Below are positions 46,594 to 50,033 of a DNA stretch of 50,033 nucleotides, piece by piece. This DNA comes from Phyllobates terribilis (taxonomy: Eukaryota), in NCBI RefSeq assembly GCF_046119375.1, contig NW_027368416.1, positions 1-50,033 of the forward strand, in the 5' to 3' direction. Position 1 is the first letter of the stretch, and the number at the start of each line of letters is the position of its first letter. Both the position numbers and the translations under genes were made by a program. A model generated the notes under the pieces. The model did no database searches. It saw only the letters and a program-made list of their open reading frames with translations, and was not told where the DNA came from.

Positions 46594-48842
46594 GTCCAGT
46601 GCTACCATAGCCGAATCAGATGAGGTAGAACTACTTAAGGAAGAAACCAAGAGGCTAAAGCTCTAAGGCACCACTCAGCAAGTGAAGGCATGTGAAGCAT
46701 GCGGTGATGACTTACATCCTACGGACGCTTGTTTGTCATTCTAGGAATAGGTAAATGTGGTTGGTATCCAACAAGGAATGCCAAGGCCCCCTATCAAGGC
46801 CAAAGCAACCATCCTTGGAGGAATCATCCTAACTTTAGGTGGAATAATACTGAAAATTAACTCAGCCCTCCTCCTTGTCAAAACTAACAATTCTACGATG
46901 AGATCATATGAGCACTCGTGGAGAGCAACACCGATATACAAAGTGGGATCAAACAAGTTACTGTCGATGTCACCAAAATCAATGATTCAATGGGTAATCT
47001 GTTGTAGAAGGTGAGTAAAAGAACCAAAACTGTAGTACAACTTCAATAGAAAATTTTGGGTCTTCTCCTATCCGAAACTGAGAAAAATCCCAACATACAC
47101 AATGTAAGTGTGTTGGTGGTGTATGAGGCCATATAGCGAAGAAGGTGAACAACGTTGAGGAGGAAAAGAGTCATAGTCCTGATGAGTTTGTAAAAGCCGG
47201 AGAAGAAATGGACAGAAACATGAGCGGTGCCCGTCGCCCTGCTATCGGTCCCCGCCGAAATTAAAGACCGACAGCCTAAAAATACAGAGACATGTTCGGC
47301 ACCCACAGATAACTTACCGGTGGCCGCCACCCTGCTATCAGTGCCTTCCGAAATTCTACAGGCGCCCGCCAAAAGTCTGAGGCAAACTTCGAGGAAAATA
47401 GAGACATGTTTGTGGCCCGTCCATCTACTGATAAAGAGCTCGAAGTTGTTGATACACAACTGCGCGACCGCCGCACCTTGTGGTGTGGTTGTTTCCCATC
47501 TAGGAAGTCTTCCGGCGACCATCATCCTTCTATCGGCGCTCGCCGATCTGAGAAAGACAAGGAGAGTGAAGATACTTTCGGCATTCCTGTCTGGAATTTG
47601 TAGAAGAGGAATGATAACCCCGAAAATCTAAGTCAAGAGTTACGCGAGCTACGTCAAAACCTTGAAGATATATAGAGATATGTTGCATCTCTCTGAGCGC
47701 GATATGAGGCTAAGGTTAGAGAAGAAGAGCATCTCCGAAGAGAGGATTTCCGCATTTGCAAGGAAGCTTATGAACGTCGGATTTACGAGCTGCTGGAACA
47801 AGGGTTCGAGTACCAGTTTACGGACCTAAGCTACATTCGAAGGGCACCGATAGAGGAACATGAGCTTGACTCCTTTGACCGAGGCTTCATATTAGATGTG
47901 AGTCACCATGACAACAAAGATGAACTTAAAGAGTTCAAAATCCGCGAGGAGACGTCATCAAGTGCTAGTCGTGTCTTAGCTTTGAGAGTGAAGACTCGAA
48001 CAAGGTATACCACAAACCACTACCACCCCTTGGAGGTCCCTTTCGACCGATTGTTATACCCAGTGACTCCAAGGGAAGTTCTCCACCATATACGAGTAAC
48101 CGTCATAACCCAATTGTGCTTAGTGATTCACCTTCAGACAGAGATGAAGTAGTAGACTATCACGCCATATGACGTGTCGCGGTAATCAGTTGTGAGAAAA
48201 AAGAGGAGTTTAGTGGATGCGAGATACACTATTAGGATACGTCGTCATCAACTCTAAAAGAGTTGGAAATATATGAGACAAGGAGGAGTTTGATCAAGGC
48301 ATTCAGCGACATTGATGAAGACTCACCCCTCTACACGGAGATGATGATTGATCCGGTCATTGCATGCATTTTAGATTGGTTCATGACAACGTAGGAAAAT
48401 CAAGAGCAAAAGGCTCTTAAGTGGAAGACTAAGAATGCCAACCACATGCCAATGAAGGAGGGGGATCCCGGGATGTTCACTATTCCCATCAACATCAAGA
48501 AGATGGATGTCGACGAGCCCTGCTCGATCTACGTGCATCAACTAACGTTCTCCCTTCTTACCTTTATTATGATCTTTTTCTAGGTCATATGCATTTTACT
48601 AGATTCTCCATTCAATTGGCCGACAAGACCAACATACTCCCACTCAGTAAAGTAGAGAACATATGGATTCGTGTGGATGAGTTTACTTTCCCCATATACT
48701 TTGACGTAACAAAAATTGAGTATGAGCCTAAGGCAGTTCTCATCATTCTAGGGAGACCGTTTATGAAAACCGCCAACGCGGTTATAGATGTGCGAGCATG
48801 CACAACTACCTTGGGATTCAGTGGAAAAACCATTACATTAAC
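46594..48842 (+). pseudogene. gag: C'(+) gag C-terminal half, long linker and protease
   Basis: CEACGDDLHPTDAC knuckle, NHPWRNHPNFRW, linker homologous to inverted 256-1230 and 11872-12827, protease region GDPGMFTIPINI...IILGRPFMKTANAVID. Confidence 0.85.
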
Positions 48843-50033
48843 TGTTGGTTTGATCTAGACTTGGAATCATCTAGCTAAACCATTCCACTTGTTTTGATGA
48901 TAACAGACCTAAGTATTTAATGCCTTTTGTGTGTTTTAAGCTAGTCAGGTATAGCTTGATGAGTTCTTAGAGTAGCTTAAGACAAGCAAAGCTTTGACTA
49001 GTAAGAGTCTAGCATAAGGTCTAGCGGGAAAACATGAATCTCTCCAAGACTTAATAAAGGACATGGAATATGCTACCATAATGAGACTTGTCAGTAGAAA
49101 GAAATTCCAACAAAATGAAACAACCGGATAAATAACAAAAGAAAGCCAAAGGTGTTCAAAAACATGATTCAAGCTCTCTCTCTCACTTAAGCTCATCCTG
49201 CCTTAGGCAGCATAAGGCCTAGGCACACAGGTCAACACAGAAGATGAAGGTAAGAGTAGTTGGTATATCGACAGCGGGTGCTCTTGTCATATGACAAGGG
49301 ACTCCTCTATTCTACTCTCGTTTCATGCTAAAAATGGAGGAAATGTTTCCTTTGAAGATAAGAAACAAGGTAAGATCATTGGTAGTGGTAGCGCTCAGCT
49401 TGTTAGTGTTATCAAAGTGCATAATGTTAACCTTGATGATAATCTCAAATTTAACCTCCATAGTGTAGCTCAGTTGTGTGACCAAGGGGGAAATGAGGTT
49501 ACATTTATCACAATAGCTTGTGTTGTAAAAAATTCTAACTAGCAAATTCTGTAAAAAAAAAAAGCGGGTTGATAACACTTACCTGTTTGATCATGAATTT
49601 TCCCCAGTAAGACAGATGTGCCTTGCCACACTCCAGCAGCAGTCCAATCTATGGCACCATCAATTGGGACATGATAGCCTATATTTGCTACACAAGCTAC
49701 AGTCTAAAGGTCTTGTGCGAGGTCATCCTCAAATCCATCTAGAGTCAATGACCTATTGCGCAAAATGCTCCAAATCTAAAGGAACCAGATGTTCTTTCAC
49801 TCAGAAAAAGGTAGTGTCCACCAAAGCGCCTCTTGAACTCATACACATGGATTTGTGTGGACCTATGTGAACACAGAGTAAGGGAGGTAATCGATACATC
49901 TTTGTTCTTTTTGATGATTTTTCTCGTTTCACCTGGACTCTCTTTCTAAAGAGTAAGAATGAAGCATTGGTGCTTTTCATGACTTAGCTGCTCTTTAGGA
50001 AAGGAATCTAGGACTCCTTATTCGAATGATTCG
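48843..50033 (+). mobile_element. Ty1/copia element, SIRE-like, internally deleted (left boundary +/-10 bp)
   Basis: Family C homology stops near 48843. TGTTTTGATGATAAC is an LTR-5'-like motif recalled from SIRE LTRs. Copia pol starts only ~400 bp later. Confidence 0.75.
49240..50033 (+). pseudogene. pol: copia protease, GAG-pre-integrase zinc-binding region and start of integrase core
   Basis: SWYIDSGCSCHMT; NLHSVAQLCDQG; LWHHQLGH...CAKC (HHCC); LELIHMDLCGP; RYIFVLFDDFSRFTWTLFLKSK. Protease-before-integrase order is copia; contains stops and frameshifts. Confidence 0.92.

Overview
Plant heterochromatin-type DNA. No host gene is recognisable and essentially all 50 kb is nested, decayed LTR retrotransposon. 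Three Ty3/gypsy Athila-like families (called A, B and C here) can be reconstructed from LTR termini (TG..CA), tRNA-Asp-type PBS, PPTs, target-site duplications and reading frames that rejoin across insertions. The stack is five layers deep: C(-) > C'(+) > B1 (14592-46588) > B2 tandem dimer (16903-44265) > A (28175/36266-43542). A separate complete A element (3295-10301, TSD GGAAC) sits in the env-like ORF of C(-), and a gag-deleted Ty1/copia (SIRE-like) fragment occupies the right end. An ~8.1 kb tandem duplication and an older ~2 kb duplicated junction add complexity. All Athila-like copies carry gag + aspartic protease only (9 protease remnants, no RT, RNase H or integrase core seen). They nevertheless keep a shared set of non-coding signals: a twin stem-loop with compensatory changes just after the ORF stop, an internal PPT, a branch point/splice acceptor (A, weaker in C) and palindromic CG-rich repeat arrays. 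Identities quoted are by-eye estimates; no alignment or database search was run.
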